From an uncultured Actinomycetes bacterium (GTDB lineage Bacteria; Actinomycetota; Thermoleophilia; RBG-16-64-13): a stretch of DNA of 64,000 bases. The DNA lies in NCBI GenBank assembly GCA_963706025.1, contig CAVPLM010000005.1, positions 992,001 through 1,056,000 of the forward strand, written 5' to 3'. The notes under the pieces are model-generated. The model saw nothing but the letters and a program-made list of their open reading frames with translations. It was not told where the DNA came from and did no database searches. Both the position numbers and the translations under genes were made by a program. Below are positions 61,014-64,000 of this stretch, in pieces; position 1 is the first letter of the stretch, and every line of letters starts with the position of its first letter.

Positions 61014-61150
61014 GAGCGCCTCCGTGAGCGGCCGAGGACGGGCGATCGTGGCTGTCCCCATTGTATACAAATCCCGCCGGCCGGGAACACTCTTGGAGGT
61101 CGCGTCAGCGGCCCAAGTGACCGCGATCCGGTCCAAGAAAGAGAGCGACG

Positions 61151-63379
61151 ATGCCCAACCTCCTTGCCAGAGAGACCAGCCCCTACCTACTCCAACATGC
61201 CGACAACCCGGTGGATTGGTACCCCTGGGGCCCCGAAGCCCTCGCGAGAGCCCGAGACGAAGACAAGCCCATCTTCCTGAGCATCGGCTATTCCTCCTGT
61301 CACTGGTGCCACGTGATGGAGCGGGAGTCGTTCACCGACCCCACCACCGCCGCGTTCCTCAACGAGCACTTCGTCAGTATCAAGGTCGACCGGGAGGAGC
61401 GGCCCGATCTGGACTCGATCTACATGAAGGCGGTGACCGCGCTCACCGGACGGGGGGGGTGGCCCCTCAGCGCCTGGCTGACTCCGGCGGGGGTCCCGTT
61501 CTACGGAGGGACCTACTTCCCCGACGCGCCGAGGTTCGGCATGCCCTCCTTCCGCCAGGTCCTCAAAGCGCTGGCAGAGATTTGGGAAGAACGCAGGCAG
61601 GAGCTCGACCAACCCGTGCAGAGAATGCTGCTACACCTCGATCGGGACGAGACCGAGTCCCTGGGTCCGACTCCGGCGCGGTCGTACGGCGAGACCGTCG
61701 TCCGCGCGCTCAGGGCCATCGATGCGGCCTACGATCCGGTCAACGCTAGCTGGGGTGGCGCACCCAAGTTCCCGCAGCCCCTCGTACTGGACGCACTGCT
61801 CGCCCATCACATCGCTAAGCCGCAACCTGAACTTAAGCTGCAGATTGAGTCCACTCTCGACGCTATGGCTGCCGGGGGTATGTATGACCATCTGGGCGGA
61901 GGATTCCACCGCTACTCCACCGACGACGCCTGGCTCGTCCCCCACTTCGAGAAGACGCTCTACGACAACGCCCAACTGGCCCGCTGCTATCTCCACGGCT
62001 GGCAGGTGACCGGACGACCTCGGTATCGCGCCGTCGTCGAGCGGACCCTCGACTACCTGCTGCGAGACATGCACCACCCCGCGGGTGGGTTCTTCAGCGC
62101 CGAGGACGCGGACTTCGAGGGACAGGAGGGCGGGTCATACGTATGGACTCCGGAGCAGCTACGAAGCGTCTTGACGGCCGAAGAGGCCGATCTCATCATC
62201 AAGACCTACGGGGTGACGGCGCAGGGTCACCTGGACGGAGCCAGCATCCTTCACCTGACCTGGGACCTGGGCGAGGACGACGCCCGGCTGACAGACACCC
62301 GTCTGAACGCTGCCCGGGCCGCGCTGCTCGCCGCCCGCGATAAACGGGGGCGGCCCCTTCGCGACGACAAGATCCTCGTCGCATGGAACGGCCTTGCCCT
62401 GGCTGCGTTGGCCGAGGCCGGCCGGGCTTTGGGGTCAGACCGCTACCGCGAGGCTGCCGAAGCCACGGGGGAGTTTCTTCTGCGCGAGCTTCTTCGGCCC
62501 GGCCACCGCCTCTATCACGCCTGGAAGGACGGCCGGCCCTCTGGCAACGGCTTCCTGGACGACTATGCCTTCCTGGTGGAAGGCCTACTCGCCCTCTACC
62601 AGACGAGCTTCCAGGAGAAGTGGTTCGTCGCCGCCCGGCGCCTGACGGACTCGATGGTCGACTACTTCCACCGGCCCGCGGGGGGCTTCTACGACACCAG
62701 CTCCGACCACGAGACCCTCATCACCCGGCCTCGGTCGCTTCAGGACAGCCCTACCCCTTGCGGCAACTCCATGGCGGCGACGGTCCTGCTCAAGATCGGC
62801 GCGTTCACCGGCGAGAGCCGCTATCTGGCTCTGGCCGAGGAGACCCTTTCACCTATGGGCCCGCTCCTGGAGCGCGCTCCCCTCGCCTTCGGCCAGTGGT
62901 TGGCGGCGTATCAAACGCTCGAGACCGGGATCACAGAGATCGCGATCGTAGGGCGCTTCGACCATCCCCGGACCAAAGCTCTGCTGAGTGTTATCAACAG
63001 CACCTTCCGCCCGGCAGCGGTGGTCGCCGCCCGCCCACCGGCGACGAGCTCGGTCGTGTCGTTGCTGGTCGAACGAGAGCCGCCCCCCGGCGCGGGGGCG
63101 GCGGCCTGGGTCTGTGAGCACTCCACCTGCGCGGCACCGACCACCGACCCGGACGAGCTCCGAGCCTTGCTGCACGACGGGGACACCCTAAGGGGTCCCG
63201 CTCCGGCTGCGCAGGTGCGACTCCTCCCCCGGGACCCCTTAGGGTGTCTGGCGCTGAGGCTGGGGGCGCTTCGCCCCGCACCCATTCCGGTGAGGCGATC
63301 ACCCTCGTGGAAGAGTCGCACCTGCGCAGCTGGAGCGAGGGTGGTCGCCTCACCCCATAGATGGTCTCGCCGAACATAA
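61151..63379 (+). CDS. YyaL/SSP411 thioredoxin-domain protein (true 3' end probably near 63190)
   Basis: [70 protein letters not shown]. Confidence 0.93.
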   Translation: MPNLLARETSPYLLQHADNPVDWYPWGPEALARARDEDKPIFLSIGYSSCHWCHVMERESFTDPTTAAFLNEHFVSIKVDREERPDLDSIYMKAVTALTGRGGWPLSAWLTPAGVPFYGGTYFPDAPRFGMPSFRQVLKALAEIWEERRQELDQPVQRMLLHLDRDETESLGPTPARSYGETVVRALRAIDAAYDPVNASWGGAPKFPQPLVLDALLAHHIAKPQPELKLQIESTLDAMAAGGMYDHLGGGFHRYSTDDAWLVPHFEKTLYDNAQLARCYLHGWQVTGRPRYRAVVERTLDYLLRDMHHPAGGFFSAEDADFEGQEGGSYVWTPEQLRSVLTAEEADLIIKTYGVTAQGHLDGASILHLTWDLGEDDARLTDTRLNAARAALLAARDKRGRPLRDDKILVAWNGLALAALAEAGRALGSDRYREAAEATGEFLLRELLRPGHRLYHAWKDGRPSGNGFLDDYAFLVEGLLALYQTSFQEKWFVAARRLTDSMVDYFHRPAGGFYDTSSDHETLITRPRSLQDSPTPCGNSMAATVLLKIGAFTGESRYLALAEETLSPMGPLLERAPLAFGQWLAAYQTLETGITEIAIVGRFDHPRTKALLSVINSTFRPAAVVAARPPATSSVVSLLVEREPPPGAGAAAWVCEHSTCAAPTTDPDELRALLHDGDTLRGPAPAAQVRLLPRDPLGCLALRLGALRPAPIPVRRSPSWKSRTCAAGARVVASPHRWSRRT
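63182..63354. repeat. Twin 19-bp hairpins whose loops are inverted copies of one ~28-nt core
   Basis: Stems are 63182-63200/63230-63248 (perfect) and 63289-63307/63336-63354 (one G-U pair). The loops match at 25 of 28 positions as reverse complements. Confidence 0.85.
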
Positions 63380-63425
63380 CCTCTCCTCGCCGCTCCTCGC
63401 CGCCCCTCGGCGTTCCTCGCTCGTC

Positions 63426-63920
63426 TCAGATGAACAGGGTGATGGTGGAGTGGCGCGCCTCTTCGATGTAGGTGCCGACGGAGCAGTACTCCTCGATGAG
63501 GTCCTGGCGCAGATCTTCGGCTTTGATGCCCATTATGGCCATGGTCATATCGCAGGCGAAGATCTTGCCGCCCAGTTCCTTGAAGTCCTGGGCCAGACGC
63601 TCGAGCGAGACTGCACCCGCCTTCTTCATCCTGCGCTTCACCATCCACTTGCCGAGACCGAGCATGTTCATCTTGGAGAGAGGACCGCTGTCCAGCCCCC
63701 CGTCCTTCTTCAGACGGATGAGGCCCCAGAAGGTGAAGTAGAGCGACACCTCCATACCCATGGCCAGGGCCCCGTTGCTTATGATGAACGCGCTTTGGAC
63801 CTTGTCGAAGTCTCCGCTCTGCACCACGATGGTGGCTTTCTCAAGCGCGGGCGGCTCGGCGGCCGTTGCCGCCGGAGCCGCCCCCGTCGCGGGCACCTGC
63901 GACAAGTCGACCGGGTTCAA
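63426..63920 (-). CDS. DsrE/DsrF/DrsH-like (DsrE2) sulfur-relay protein
   Basis: SGDFDK..AFIISNGA, YFTFWGL, ACDMTM, ITLFI. The probable TTG start overlaps the upstream TGA. Confidence 0.88.
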   Translation of the reverse strand: MNPVDLSQVPATGAAPAATAAEPPALEKATIVVQSGDFDKVQSAFIISNGALAMGMEVSLYFTFWGLIRLKKDGGLDSGPLSKMNMLGLGKWMVKRRMKKAGAVSLERLAQDFKELGGKIFACDMTMAIMGIKAEDLRQDLIEEYCSVGTYIEEARHSTITLFI

Positions 63921-64000
63921 CGCCGTATCCGGATGGTCCACGTGTCGCCCTCCTCTTCCACGCTCAGCAATTCCAACCCGAGGGCCTTCACCGCCATCGG
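63917..64000 (-). CDS. 3' end of a TusA/SirA-like sulfurtransferase (partial)
   Basis: Manual translation PMAVKALGLELLSVEEEGDTWTIRIRR*, directly upstream of DsrE2. Confidence 0.6.
   Translation of the reverse strand, partial: PMAVKALGLELLSVEEEGDTWTIRIRR

Noticed and set aside
63190-63379. C-terminal extension of YyaL as a new domain
   Set aside because: It is simply the translation of the hairpin repeat element. A TAA at 63189 in a neighbouring frame is the likely true stop.

Overview
This is a GC-rich bacterial chromosome segment, most likely from an anaerobic Actinomycetota of the Thermoleophilia type. That placement is inferred from the Thr-rich lipoprotein linkers, the SLH proteins and the anaerobic enzyme content. 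About 58 genes are present. Roughly 14 carry single-base frameshifts, which points to uncorrected long-read indels rather than true pseudogenes. Main content: a pyrogallol-phloroglucinol transhydroxylase pair (athL/bthL-like) beside a Tat-exported solute-binding protein; two corrinoid methyltransferase loci, one with a RACo activator; a polyphosphate cluster (ppk1, sixA, CYTH-CHAD, ppx); a family 1 encapsulin apparently fused in frame to an N-terminal DUF5661 domain with an internal RBS; a GcvT-SHMT fusion; and two SLH surface proteins. Features the ORF track misses: a TlpA-type lipoprotein with an in-frame UGA in a UGPC motif followed by a SECIS-like hairpin; a small transcript carrying a 14-15 nt extended Shine-Dalgarno; a group IIC intron 3' remnant behind a terminator; a 161-bp MITE; and a twin-hairpin element with mutually complementary loops. 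No rRNA, tRNA or CRISPR array was seen. All family assignments come from motif recognition by eye, and no database search was run.
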